Of a stretch of DNA of 64,000 bases, positions 19,985 to 29,934 are shown one piece after another. The position numbers and the translations under genes were made by a program. The DNA is from an uncultured Chloroflexia bacterium (GTDB lineage: Bacteria; Chloroflexota; Chloroflexia; QHBQ01; JADMIH01), in assembly GCA_963797095.1 (NCBI GenBank), contig CAWCNY010000002.1:736001-800000 (forward strand), read 5' to 3'. The first letter of the stretch is position 1. Each line of letters opens with the position of its first letter. The notes beneath the pieces are model-generated. The model made no database searches. It was given only the letters and a program-made list of their open reading frames with translations, and was not told the origin of the DNA.

Positions 19985-20554
19985 CTACTCTAGCACCCTC
20001 AAATTGATTGAGATAAACAGCATCAAGTACGCCAGAAAGAACACACTGAAGAACGTGTGGTACTTTTCACTCCTGGTATAAGCCGCCACCAGGTTCAGCA
20101 CGAGCATTATCGACAGGAAGATCACATAAATCCAACCCTGCGCCACAAAGTGATCCCACCCCTTAAGCAGCGTATCCATCGCATCCAGCGGCACAAGCAG
20201 GGTGGCCAGCGCAAAGAACGGCCTGTGATTCGCATAGAAATGCTTCTTCAAGTCCGTCCCATCCTCCAGAGGCTCTGGAAACAATAGCACCGCCAGCAGG
20301 AACGATACCGTCGGGCTGAGCAGCACAAACAGAAATATGAAGAATGTCCATTCAGTCTGCGTGTGCCATCTGAAAAGGATCCACCAGTTCAGCACAATAA
20401 ACAAGAATAAATTCAACGACCACACCAGGTGTACCCAGTACACACTTATTCGCCCGTGGGCGTGCAAAAGCTTCCCGATCCCCGTCAACAATCGCGTAAT
20501 CCCAAGCCCCAGCACAATCGAGGTCAGTATCGCCAGATAACTGAAAGTCTCCAC
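19985..20554 (-). CDS. Conserved hypothetical integral membrane protein
   Basis: About 6 TM helices; FSYLAILTSIVLGLGITRLL; GGAGG RBS before GTG 20554. Confidence 0.7.
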   Translation of the reverse strand: METFSYLAILTSIVLGLGITRLLTGIGKLLHAHGRISVYWVHLVWSLNLFLFIVLNWWILFRWHTQTEWTFFIFLFVLLSPTVSFLLAVLLFPEPLEDGTDLKKHFYANHRPFFALATLLVPLDAMDTLLKGWDHFVAQGWIYVIFLSIMLVLNLVAAYTRSEKYHTFFSVFFLAYLMLFISINLRVLE

Positions 20555-20730
20555 GCTAAAACCTCCGCCCATAAGGGCGACTACGCAACAGACTATCTGA
20601 TCTCTATCCGTAACAGCCCGTTGTACCCTTCTCTTTCCACCGCCTCTTCCCGTACCGGAAACCAATCTCCGAAATATCCCAGCCCCCAGACAATGAGCAC
20701 ACCTACTCGTCACTCGTCACTCGCCACTCG

Positions 20731-21315
20731 TCACTCCTCCACCTCATCCGGCCTAACCACCAGGCTCTCATATGAAGCCCCCAGCAGCGGCACCAGCACA
20801 ATCGCCGAGATCGCATTCGAAATAGTAACCGGGTAGAACTCGCTCCACGCCTCCTCCAGATTCCCCACATTCGGGTCTACCCAGATATCCGTCACCGATG
20901 CGAACCCCATCCCAACCACTATCCCCAATAGCGCGAACCCGGTCGCTATCGCCAGGTTCCCACCCTTATCCAGGCGGTTGACATAATAAACCGTCAGCCC
21001 CGCCACCAACCCCATCAACCCATTACCCACATCCCAATTCCAAATAAACCCATACCCCGACAACAAATCCCCGATCAAGTTCCCCGCGAACCCCACTACA
21101 AACCCCACCACCGGTCCGAATGCCGCCCCAAAAAAGAGCGGTATCGCCACCCCCGGCCTGATCGTGCTGTTGAACGGCCCCGGTATCTTCAGCCCCGAAG
21201 TGGCCCAGCCGAACAACCCGTACAGCACAGCCCCCACTGCCATAGCCAGCAGCTCCCGAGTGCCCACCGACCACGGGTTCTTCCTGCCCTCGTCTCTCAC
21301 CGCCGTTCGCCTCAT
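20731..21315 (-). CDS. ECF transporter S component
   Basis: AVGAVLY, IRPGVAIPLFFGAAFGPVVGFVVGFAGNLIGD. Confidence 0.85.
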   Translation of the reverse strand: MRRTAVRDEGRKNPWSVGTRELLAMAVGAVLYGLFGWATSGLKIPGPFNSTIRPGVAIPLFFGAAFGPVVGFVVGFAGNLIGDLLSGYGFIWNWDVGNGLMGLVAGLTVYYVNRLDKGGNLAIATGFALLGIVVGMGFASVTDIWVDPNVGNLEEAWSEFYPVTISNAISAIVLVPLLGASYESLVVRPDEVEE

Positions 21316-21575
21316 CTAGCTCTCTCTCCCCAAATCCACCCATCCCCTTGCACAGCCGCCACGCGAAAAGCAATAAGCCTTCCGCTCTCCGTTCACTGCC
21401 TACTATTCTCAATCAACCGCTCACATCCACCACAATTCACCGTTCGATACACATCAATTGCTGATTGTCGGCCATTGTAAACCACCTATCATCCCCTGTC
21501 AACAGCCACCCAATCCGATTCCTCAATAGCTCAGCCAATCCATTACTGCCGATAATATTGCGCCTGTGCTATATC

Positions 21576-21622
21576 AAAAGAGCCAAGAATGGCGGCGCGT
21601 CCACCATTCTTGGCTTTCCTAG
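21576..21622. repeat. Degenerate copy of the 70-bp palindrome family (may also terminate hsp20)
   Basis: AGCCAAGAATGGCGG...CCACCATTCTTGGCT. Confidence 0.55.
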
Positions 21623-21643
21623 ATCAACCAACTTTTCCAGAGC

Positions 21644-22219
21644 CTACTTCTGCTCTGTCGATTCGCCCGCTGGTGTCGGAGATTTGATCTCGATCTTGCG
21701 AGCCTGGGCCTTAGCTTCCGGCAGCTTTGGGAGCGTGAGCGTAAGCACACCGTTGTCAAACCTGGCATCTATATGCTCGACATCGATCCCCTTTGGTAGG
21801 GTAATGGCCCGGCGGAACGACCCATAAGATCGCTCCATCCTGTGGTACCCTTCACCCTTGCTTTCACTCTCCGACTTCTTCTCGCCCTTGATCAGAAGCG
21901 TATTCTCCTGCACCGTGATCTCGACCTCCTTAGGGGCTATGCCCGGCAGTTCGGCTGTTACGACGTACCCGTTGTCGCCTTCGCGAATATCAATCGCCGG
22001 AGTAAATCGGATGCCATTTGTCCTCGTGCTCGGTCCCGTTGTCCAGTTCCATCGCGGTCCAAAGAACCCGGCCAGCAGGTTGTCCCACTCCTGCATCCAG
22101 TTTGTCATCTCTCGATACAGGCTCGGCATGGACGGAAATGTGTCCGTATAGTCTGCTGTATTCTTGATGATAGGGCTTGTAGTCTCACCGTTCTGACGTA
22201 CAATATCCTTCGTATTCAT
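21644..22219 (-). CDS. Hsp20/alpha-crystallin small heat shock protein
   Basis: PAIDIRE, AELPGI, ERSYGSFRR, NGVLTLTLPK, KIEI. Confidence 0.93.
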   Translation of the reverse strand: MNTKDIVRQNGETTSPIIKNTADYTDTFPSMPSLYREMTNWMQEWDNLLAGFFGPRWNWTTGPSTRTNGIRFTPAIDIREGDNGYVVTAELPGIAPKEVEITVQENTLLIKGEKKSESESKGEGYHRMERSYGSFRRAITLPKGIDVEHIDARFDNGVLTLTLPKLPEAKAQARKIEIKSPTPAGESTEQK

Positions 22220-22281
22220 GTCTCAAATCCTCCTTTCATCAAAATATCCGTGATGGGTCTCAGAGAGTCTCACCCGTACTT

Positions 22282-22308
22282 TTAGCACTCGACATAAGAG
22301 AGTGCTAA
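22282..22308. promoter_or_regulatory. CIRCE element (HrcA operator)
   Basis: Exact TTAGCACTC-N9-GAGTGCTAA upstream of hsp20; minus-strand TTGACA at 22341-22336. Confidence 0.95.
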
Positions 22309-22378
22309 TTAATATATAGCAAAGTCCATCTCGCTTGTCAAGACCTCAAACGGCCTCATCCCGCAGAAGATCGCACTT

Positions 22379-23389
22379 CTAAACCACCTCCACAAACACC
22401 TCTTCCACAACTTCCAATCTTCTTTTCTCCCCCTCTCCATCCCCATCCCACCGCAACGGCAAATTCACGATCCTCCTCCAAATCTTCCAGGCCCCCTCGT
22501 ACTTCTCCCCTTCCGCTCCATCAAACCACGCGCTCAACGGCGGGTACAAATTCGTCGCCTCCACCCTCCTCTCCACCAACCTCCGCGTCACCCGATCCCT
22601 CACCTCCTTATCCCTCGCCAGCACGCCATACTTCCACACAGGCAGCACCTCCCCCACATGCTCCACCCCTTCCATCCACAGCCTCTCCCGATATCCCCGC
22701 GCCACTCTCAACCTCCCCTCAATCTCCTCCCCCAACCCCTCCACCACCCGAACAATCCTCTCACAATCCGCCCCTACGGAATACGCAGTGCGTAGTCTGT
22801 AATCCTCCCTCACCCTCTCCAACAACTCCAAATCATCCCCAAACACCGCCCCACCACCTCCGGCATCCCCAACCTTTCCCCTCCCAAAACTAACCACCGA
22901 GCAAACCCCCAGTCCACCCCCCTGCCCCTCCGCGCCCTTTGACGCTCCAAGGCCAACCATCTCATTCCGAACTCCGAACTCCGAACTTCGAACTCCCCCC
23001 TGCGCTGCGTCCTCCACCACCACCAACCCATGCCTCTCCGCAAACTCCTTCAACGCCTCTCCATCCACCTCCCCGCCAAACAGCGGCACCGCCAGCAACA
23101 CCTGGCACCCCTCGCCAACCACCCTCTCACCCGACCCCATATCCATCCCTATCCCACCCCTCTGCGCCTCCACATCCGCGAACACCGGCCTCAACCCTGC
23201 TCCCCTCACTGCATGCACGACGTTCGCGCACACCATCACCGGCACAACCACTCCGCTCCCCTTAGGCAACCCCAGCGCCCTCAACACCACCGCCAGCCCA
23301 ACCGTAGCCCGCGAGCACAACATAGCGCCTTGCCTACCCGCCAGGTAAGCAAGGCGCTCCTCACACTCCTTTATCGTCATAAGTCCCAC
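22379..23389 (-). CDS. DegT/DnrJ/EryC1/StrS-like PLP-dependent aminotransferase, divergent
   Basis: PVFADV, VVVEDAAQG, SFGRGK, GGGGAV, IVNLPL. Confidence 0.7.
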   Translation of the reverse strand: MGLMTIKECEERLAYLAGRQGAMLCSRATVGLAVVLRALGLPKGSGVVVPVMVCANVVHAVRGAGLRPVFADVEAQRGGIGMDMGSGERVVGEGCQVLLAVPLFGGEVDGEALKEFAERHGLVVVEDAAQGGVRSSEFGVRNEMVGLGASKGAEGQGGGLGVCSVVSFGRGKVGDAGGGGAVFGDDLELLERVREDYRLRTAYSVGADCERIVRVVEGLGEEIEGRLRVARGYRERLWMEGVEHVGEVLPVWKYGVLARDKEVRDRVTRRLVERRVEATNLYPPLSAWFDGAEGEKYEGAWKIWRRIVNLPLRWDGDGEGEKRRLEVVEEVFVEVV

Positions 23390-23428
23390 CGCCTCCCAAT
23401 ACGCAGTACGCAGTATACCCCCACCCGA

Positions 23429-25048
23429 CTATTCCTTCATCGCCCCCACCATGTCCACGCTATACGACCCAAATACCGTCTCCTCTACATGTATTCTCAC
23501 CTGGTCTCCCACAAACTCAAACCTGAACTCTTCTTCGTTCACAGACGGCGACGCCTGCAACTCCCTTCCCGCAAACGTATTCTCGTTCACCCATTCACCC
23601 TTCAATGCCGTCCAGTTCCCATCCATAGGTCCATTGACCCTGTATACGTTGTCCAGCCCTACTATCACCTCCTGTACCCCCTCATCCGTCAAAAGCTTCG
23701 CCGTCGCCGTCACACTTCCTTCCACGAAGCTCATCGTAATCTCCCTCCACCCCACCGGGCTATCCTCGATCACATACGTCTTTCCCGTCACCCCTTTTGC
23801 CGTCTCGCTCAACGCCGCCACCGGCCTCCCAGGATTCGCCCAGTCTTCCACCCTGGCCCGTAACTCCTCATTGACCTTCGGATTATCCGCCAGCATCCCT
23901 TCCGACTTCGCCGCCGGGATCAGATAATCCTTCAATATACCTTCCAGCGGCTGCCACTTGTGCCAGTCAATAGCCGCCGTCATCACCACTACCATATTCC
24001 TCTCGCCTACCACCATGATCTTTTGCTCTCCATACCCCTCTGCCGCATAGTAATTCGGGTACACCCACCACAAATACCCGTAATTCTTATCGTTCTCTCC
24101 TATCGCCTGCACGCTCCTCAACTCCTTCACCCATTCCTCTGGCACTACCTGCTTCCCATCCCACCTTCCATCGTTCAGATACAGCAACCCCAGCTTCGCC
24201 ATATCCAGCGGCCTTATCTCTATCCCATAGCCCCCAAGCGTAATCCCCTGCGGATCTGCGGGCCACACAATATCATCCTCCTTTATGCCAAGCGGCTCGA
24301 ACAACCTCGTTCTTGCGTACTCAGCTGTGCTCATCCCCGTAGCCTTGGTCAATATCGCCGACATCAAATGCACTCCCGCCGTGCAATAAATCATCTTCGT
24401 CCCCGGCGTGGCGTCCATCGGCAAATCAAGTACATACTGCACCCAATCCGCGCTCTGCTCCATTCCAAACCCTATAATATCGTCAGCGCAATTCAACCCA
24501 GGCTGCATACTGATCAGATCCCTGATAGTGATCGCTTCCTTCCGCTCGTCCAGGTTCGCCACCGCCACTCGCGGGAAATACCCCAGCACAGGCTCGTCCA
24601 GGCTCTTGATATACCCCTCCTCCAACGCGATCCCCGTGAGCGCCCCGATCACACTCTTCGTAACCGAGTACACCTGCACCTTCTGGTCGGGCGCGAAAGG
24701 CTGCCGGAACGCATCCAGCACCACATACCCGTTCCGAATAACCGTCATGCTCCTCAAATTGATCCCCTGCTCCTCCACCTGCATCATCGCCGCCAGCAGC
24801 CCCGCAGAATCGATCCCCTGCTCCTCCGGCGTAGATACCCTCCATCCATTAGTCGGCCAGTAATCCCGCCCAACTGCCGCTACAGTAGCGGTAGCCGTCG
24901 GCACCGGCACTGCCGTAGCCGTAGGCACAGGCGTACTCTCCGTTCCGCACCCCACCGCCACCGCCTGCAATACCATCACCCCGACCACCAACCTCGCCAC
25001 CAGTCCCATCCCCAATCTACCGGTATGCATAAAACTCCTGGTTCCCAT
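23429..25048 (-). CDS. Serine hydrolase (beta-lactamase class C-like) lipoprotein
   Basis: Lipobox-like AVGC, PT linker, WPTNGW, SVTK (SxxK), YGYLWW. Confidence 0.88.
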   Translation of the reverse strand: MGTRSFMHTGRLGMGLVARLVVGVMVLQAVAVGCGTESTPVPTATAVPVPTATATVAAVGRDYWPTNGWRVSTPEEQGIDSAGLLAAMMQVEEQGINLRSMTVIRNGYVVLDAFRQPFAPDQKVQVYSVTKSVIGALTGIALEEGYIKSLDEPVLGYFPRVAVANLDERKEAITIRDLISMQPGLNCADDIIGFGMEQSADWVQYVLDLPMDATPGTKMIYCTAGVHLMSAILTKATGMSTAEYARTRLFEPLGIKEDDIVWPADPQGITLGGYGIEIRPLDMAKLGLLYLNDGRWDGKQVVPEEWVKELRSVQAIGENDKNYGYLWWVYPNYYAAEGYGEQKIMVVGERNMVVVMTAAIDWHKWQPLEGILKDYLIPAAKSEGMLADNPKVNEELRARVEDWANPGRPVAALSETAKGVTGKTYVIEDSPVGWREITMSFVEGSVTATAKLLTDEGVQEVIVGLDNVYRVNGPMDGNWTALKGEWVNENTFAGRELQASPSVNEEEFRFEFVGDQVRIHVEETVFGSYSVDMVGAMKE

Positions 25049-25273
25049 CTCGATGCCTCCATTTTACGGCAGCACGCGCGTCCCGCCAGCGCAGGCCGGA
25101 TTCCACCGATTGTATTATGCCCTACATAGGTGAAAACCCTGGTATCAAACCCTTGCAATCAAGTGACAATTCCCTCAATCGCCCAACCCCATCCCAATAA
25201 CCTCTGCTCTCCTACGCCTCTCTGTGTACCAAAACCTGAAATAACCTCCGCTCGCCACTCGCCACTCGTCATC

Positions 25274-25302
25274 TTGACATCCCTTCCCCCACAAGCTATA
25301 TT
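25274..25302 (+). promoter_or_regulatory. Sigma70-type promoter, probably giving a leaderless mRNA
   Basis: TTGACA-17-TATATT, with the ATG 6 nt downstream and no RBS. Confidence 0.7.
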
Positions 25303-25308
25303 CCCACC

Positions 25309-25767
25309 ATGCAAGCAGACATCCTACCCACCCCACCCGACAACCCCGGCTGGAACTACTGCCACACCACCCCTGTGCGCTTCCGCGACATCGACATGTT
25401 CGACCACGTCAACAACGCCGCCTACCTTACCTACATCGAATCCGCCCGCGTAGCCTACTACACCCATATCTCCGGCATCCCCGACCCCCGCGACTTCGAC
25501 ATGACGCTCGCCCACGTCGACATCGACTTCCTCGTCCCCATCTTCTTCCCCGCCACCATCCACATCTACACCCGCACCACCCGCATCGGCACCAAATCCT
25601 GGACCCTCGAACACCAGCTACGCGATGCCCAATCCAACCAGATCGTAGCCACCGCCTCCACCGTCATAGTCCACTACGACCACGAAACCCTTCAATCCAA
25701 GCCCCTCCCCCAGCACATAATAGAGCTCATAGAGCGCCACGAAGGCCGCTCCCTCCGCCCCCGCTAA
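25309..25767 (+). CDS. Acyl-CoA thioesterase (4HBT/YbgC hotdog fold)
   Basis: VRFRDIDMFDHVNNAAYLTYIESAR. Confidence 0.9.
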   Translation: MQADILPTPPDNPGWNYCHTTPVRFRDIDMFDHVNNAAYLTYIESARVAYYTHISGIPDPRDFDMTLAHVDIDFLVPIFFPATIHIYTRTTRIGTKSWTLEHQLRDAQSNQIVATASTVIVHYDHETLQSKPLPQHIIELIERHEGRSLRPR

Positions 25768-26074
25768 TGCCTACCTGACGACCTCTACCCTCTATCGTCC
25801 ACCCTCAACCTCGCCTGCTTCACAACCTCCATCTTCATTCCCTACTCTCTTCATAGGCGTCCGGTCTTGCCGCCTGGCCGGGTGCCATAACCTGGTCACG
25901 ATCCTCCAGCGCGGGTATAATGTCCTGCATCAACCCCACCCGGTCCTATCACAACCAACCCATATCAAACACCCACAAAGCATGACCTAACCTAACACAA
26001 AGCCCATAATCCATAACCCGAACAATAAATCCACAGTCCCAAATTCGAAATCCGCAATCGAAGGAGCCCCAACC

Positions 26075-26878
26075 ATGTGCTACAACCCCACCGACCTACC
26101 CCCCAACCCACCCAATCCCGCCTACGGACAGGCCACCGGCTACGACCTTGAGCTGGTCGCCTCCGACGGTACTCACTTCCTGGGCTACTTCGCCCACCCC
26201 GCCCTCCAACCCGCCACCCCAGACCCCCGCGCCCATATTATCATCTACCCCGACGTGCGCGGCCTCCACAACTTCTACAAACAACTCGCCCTCCGCTTCG
26301 CCGAACAGGGCATCCACGCCCTCGCCATCGACTACTTCGGGCGCACAGCCGGCCTCCACACCCCTCGTGACGAATCGTTCGACTACATGCCCCACGTCCA
26401 GCAGATCCAATTCCCCACCTTCCTCTCAGATGTCCGCTCCGCCGTCGCCTACCTCCAGGACCACGCCACCTCCTCCGGCGCTGCCTCCCCCTCTATCTTC
26501 ACCATCGGCTTCTGCATGGGTGGCGCTCTTTCCCTCCTCACCGCCGCCGAACCCCTCCCCCTCACCGGCGCGATAGCCCTCTACTCCGGCTTTGGCCGCC
26601 ACTTCACCGGCTCCGAAAAAACCACCCTCGACCGCACAGCCGACATCCGCATCCCCGTCCTCGGCCTCTACGGCGGGGCCGACCAGAGCATCACCCCCGA
26701 ACAACTCCAGCAACTCGAAGACAACCTCACCGCCTCCAACACCCCCCACGAAATCCACGTCTACCCCGACGCCCCACACTCCTTCTTCGACCGCAAAGCC
26801 ACAGACTTCGCCGAAGCCTCAAACGACGCCTGGACCCGCATCCTCAACTTCATCTCAACCTACACCCCCACCACATAA
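26075..26878 (+). CDS. Dienelactone hydrolase family protein
   Basis: GFCMGG nucleophile motif, GGAD, YPDAPHSF. Confidence 0.9.
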   Translation: MCYNPTDLPPNPPNPAYGQATGYDLELVASDGTHFLGYFAHPALQPATPDPRAHIIIYPDVRGLHNFYKQLALRFAEQGIHALAIDYFGRTAGLHTPRDESFDYMPHVQQIQFPTFLSDVRSAVAYLQDHATSSGAASPSIFTIGFCMGGALSLLTAAEPLPLTGAIALYSGFGRHFTGSEKTTLDRTADIRIPVLGLYGGADQSITPEQLQQLEDNLTASNTPHEIHVYPDAPHSFFDRKATDFAEASNDAWTRILNFISTYTPTT

Positions 26879-26880
26879 AC

Positions 26881-27120
26881 GGGATGCAAGGGTACTCCCC
26901 TGCCGGGGAATGTGAATGTGCCCCACCTCTCAGGCACGATTGCTAAGGGGTGCAGGCGGAACAGCCTGCCGGGGGTGAGGAGTTCTACTTCCGCCACCCA
27001 AGCTAAAGGGGGTGCAGGGGTACTCTCCTGACAGGGGGCAGTGGGGTGTCCCCCCAACTCTACTTCCTCTTTTTACTCTCCCCTTTCCCCGAATACGGAG
27101 AGAGGGGCCGGGGGTCTGGG
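26881..27120. repeat. Cluster of GGGGTGCAGGGG...CCCCTG-type palindromic repeats plus a CCCTTTCCCC...GAGAGGGGCCGGGGG unit
   Basis: Three related units near 26882, 26947 and 27009; a similar unit at 5765. Confidence 0.65.
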
Positions 27121-27292
27121 GTTTCTCCTGGACACGTATGTTATAGTAGTTAAGTAGTGTATGGACCTCGCCCGCGCCTGAGTTTGGATTCGTCTGCTTC
27201 ATCCTCCACTCGCGAGTTTGCCGTTTCGGCCACATTCCATGCCTAGACTTGATTAGCTCGCAGACGATTGACCGCAGGAGGATGACCACAAA

Positions 27293-27634
27293 ATGGCCAA
27301 GAAACTTTACGTCGGGAACCTACCCTATAACACCTCGGAAGACGACTTGCGCGACCTCTTCTCACCCATCGGTGAGATCTCGGACATCGCTGTAATCACC
27401 GACCGCTATACCGGCCAGTCCAAAGGCTTCGGCTTCGTCGAAATGCCTTCCGATGAAGCAGCCGACGACGCTATCTCTCGCCTCAACGGCTACACTATCG
27501 GCACTCGCCAGATCGTAGTCAACGAGGCACGCCCACGCGAGGAGCGCTCAGGTGGTGGCGGACGTGGTGGCTACGGTCGCCGCGATAATGACCGTGGCGG
27601 CGGTGGCGGTGGCGGTGGCCGCGGACGCTATTAA
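27293..27634 (+). CDS. RRM RNA-binding protein with Gly/Arg-rich tail
   Basis: RNP2 LYVGNL, RNP1 KGFGFVEM, VNEARPR. Confidence 0.95.
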   Translation: MAKKLYVGNLPYNTSEDDLRDLFSPIGEISDIAVITDRYTGQSKGFGFVEMPSDEAADDAISRLNGYTIGTRQIVVNEARPREERSGGGGRGGYGRRDNDRGGGGGGGGRGRY

Positions 27635-27704
27635 TCACCAACACCACACCACACCACGCACACCTACGCGCCAACCCTGGCGCTCATAACCCTACCTCGC
27701 CGCA

Positions 27705-27739
27705 AAACGAGAGGTAAGCCCTCAACTTACCTCTCGTTT
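27705..27739 (+). terminator. Intrinsic terminator-like hairpin
   Basis: AAACGAGAGGTAAG / CTTACCTCTCGTTT. Confidence 0.7.
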
Positions 27740-27832
27740 CACAGCATCCGTACCCCTATTCCTATTCCTATTCATATTCCTATTCCCTCGTCCCATCTAG
27801 CATCCCGCACCGGCATCATCTCGGAGGCTTTT

Positions 27833-28114
27833 ATGTCCAACGAATTGTCCCTCAGTAAAATCGAAAGCAACTGCAACCAGCTCCTCAACTCCCCATACCT
27901 TCAAAAAGAGGTCCCGACCGAGCTAAAGAACCTGCGCACCGTCCTCGAAAAAGTGAGCACCCTCGTTCGCGACGATGTCCCCTCTCTTCTCAGCGAAATC
28001 CGCCACCTCCGCAGCCAGAACCGCAAGCTCGAAGCCGAGCTTGAATCCCTGCGTTCTAACCCTTTCCCCACGGAAGCCCCCGAAGAACCCCAACCCACCT
28101 CCCCAATCCCCTGA
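27833..28114 (+). CDS. Small coiled-coil hypothetical protein
   Basis: GGAGG RBS; heptad-rich C-terminal half. Confidence 0.6.
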   Translation: MSNELSLSKIESNCNQLLNSPYLQKEVPTELKNLRTVLEKVSTLVRDDVPSLLSEIRHLRSQNRKLEAELESLRSNPFPTEAPEEPQPTSPIP

Positions 28115-28187
28115 ACAACCCTGACCACCAACAGGTAAGCACCACGCAGCACTCAATATTCCAAAATCCGCAATCCAAAATCCAAAA

Positions 28188-28730
28188 TCAGATCAGCTTC
28201 CCCATAATCACCGAATCCATCCACCTCCCAAACTTCCACCACGACTGCCTCCTCACCCCCTCCACCTCAAACCCCAGCTCCTCGTACAACTTCTGCGCCC
28301 TCACATTCTCCCCCAATACCTCCAACTGCACCCTTTTCACCACCCCACTTGCGCGCGCCCACTCAAGCGCCGCCTCCATCATCCTTCGCCCGATCCCCTG
28401 CCCCCTCCACCCCTCCTTAATACTGACCCCCAGCGAAGTCTCGTGCCTCGACCCCCTTCTCCCTCCACCCGTACAATTCAACAGCCCCACCATCTCCCCA
28501 TCGTCCAGATCCCTCTCCCCCTCCCCCACGTCCTCGTTCACCGCCAATAAGATCACCGAGTTATCCGACCTGGCGTGCTTCTCCACCCAATCCACCTCCG
28601 ACTCGATAGGCGGGTCGAACTCCCCAGGGTCAAACCCGATATACAGCCCCGGCTCGTCCACCAGCCGCTTCATGTAATAGTAAATCCCCTCAACATCCCC
28701 AACCCCCGCTTCCCGTATTATCACACCCAT
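28188..28730 (-). CDS. GNAT family N-acetyltransferase
   Basis: WRGQGIGRRMM, NVRAQKLYEELGF. Confidence 0.88.
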   Translation of the reverse strand: MGVIIREAGVGDVEGIYYYMKRLVDEPGLYIGFDPGEFDPPIESEVDWVEKHARSDNSVILLAVNEDVGEGERDLDDGEMVGLLNCTGGGRRGSRHETSLGVSIKEGWRGQGIGRRMMEAALEWARASGVVKRVQLEVLGENVRAQKLYEELGFEVEGVRRQSWWKFGRWMDSVIMGKLI

Positions 28731-28813
28731 CCAACCCTCCAATCCCCAACGCGCACCGCGACAACAAAAATAATACGCAATACGCAGTAAGCACTTCCTC
28801 CCCAGAGTAGAGT

Positions 28814-28859
28814 TAGAGAGCGGGATGCGGAACCTGATTCCTCCACATCCCGCTCTCTA
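28814..28859. terminator. Hairpin downstream of the GYD gene
   Basis: TAGAGAGCGGGATG / CATCCCGCTCTCTA. Confidence 0.6.
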
Positions 28860-28861
28860 CA

Positions 28862-29155
28862 TCAACCTATCTTCCCAAGAATAGCCGTCATCTCATCCGC
28901 CGAGAACGCACGCAGCGTCTGGCTTCGGATATTGCCGTCCATCGCCAGGGCCAGCAAGTACGCTGTCAAGCTCTCCTCATCCGGGAACTCTGTGGTAACC
29001 ACCAGGTCATAAGCTCCTTGCGTCCACATGATGCTCGTCATGCGCCCTCCCATCCGCTCCGCCAAGCTGCCCGCTGCTTCCGCCCGCTTCACCGTATCCT
29101 TTACGTTCTTGACCCCTTGCTCCGTCCAGTTGATCAAACTTACAGATGTAATCAT
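28862..29155 (-). CDS. GYD domain protein
   Basis: WTEQGVKNVK, WTQGAYDLV, GNIRSQTLRAF. Confidence 0.85.
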   Translation of the reverse strand: MITSVSLINWTEQGVKNVKDTVKRAEAAGSLAERMGGRMTSIMWTQGAYDLVVTTEFPDEESLTAYLLALAMDGNIRSQTLRAFSADEMTAILGKIG

Positions 29156-29203
29156 TTTCTTACCTCCTATAATCTATAGCCCACGCGTATTACGTTCCAT
29201 CTC

Positions 29204-29353
29204 ATGCGCCTTCTCCCGGAGATGCCAATACCCCCGCCTCCAATAAAGAGAGCCTGCTTACGCGCAGGCTTATCCAACCGAAGGCATATCAAAAAGGGCC
29301 TGTGTCACCCCTATAGAGGATCTCACTATAGCACCGCACCCCCGCCCTGTCAA
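29204..29353 (-). promoter_or_regulatory. Promoter plus structured 5' leader of the GYD gene (candidate cis-regulatory RNA)
   Basis: TTGACA(29353-29348)-17-TATAGT(29330-29325); leader of about 165 nt with nested stems. Confidence 0.5.
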
Positions 29354-29553
29354 CGGCCAAAACCGCCGCTTCTCAGCCCTATCTTTACACGCCTGTGAGG
29401 GCGCAATCCCGCCCTTATCTCTCCTTGAAACTTGATATGTGAGCACAAAGGATGAAGGATGTCAGAATAGGTATCGTGCGCTATGCATAACCGGCACCTG
29501 TTATGTGACAGTCCGGTATGGAGCGAAGCACAGCAGCCTGCAGGAGACTATCT

Positions 29554-29934
29554 ATGATGACCAGGATCATCAAGTCGCACAACGAACTGAATGGCATTAA
29601 GTTCAGCGTGGCCGAGTTCGCTCTAATCGCGCTGGTGATAGGCCCATTTGGTGTCTATTACCTCCTCAATGCGCAGCTAGTCTATGGCCTGATTGCAGCC
29701 GGAATTGTGTTCAACTGCCTTACTGTGGTCGCCTTTGGCGTAAGTGCCTGGCGGTCCAACCAGGCAGGTAGCGGGCTTAAGAGCCTTATGTCCCGCGAGG
29801 CAAGGGACCGTCTCAAGCGTGAACACCCCGATATGATGCGCGAGACAATCATTTTGACACTCAGCATAATCCTGCCTTTTGTTCTCCTCGCCATAGTCCT
29901 GTACGAGCAATTGACCGCCCGCCGCGCTCGCTAA
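29554..29934 (+). CDS. Hypothetical membrane protein (3 TM)
   Basis: GGAG RBS and hydrophobic segments. Confidence 0.6.
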   Translation: MMTRIIKSHNELNGIKFSVAEFALIALVIGPFGVYYLLNAQLVYGLIAAGIVFNCLTVVAFGVSAWRSNQAGSGLKSLMSREARDRLKREHPDMMRETIILTLSIILPFVLLAIVLYEQLTARRAR

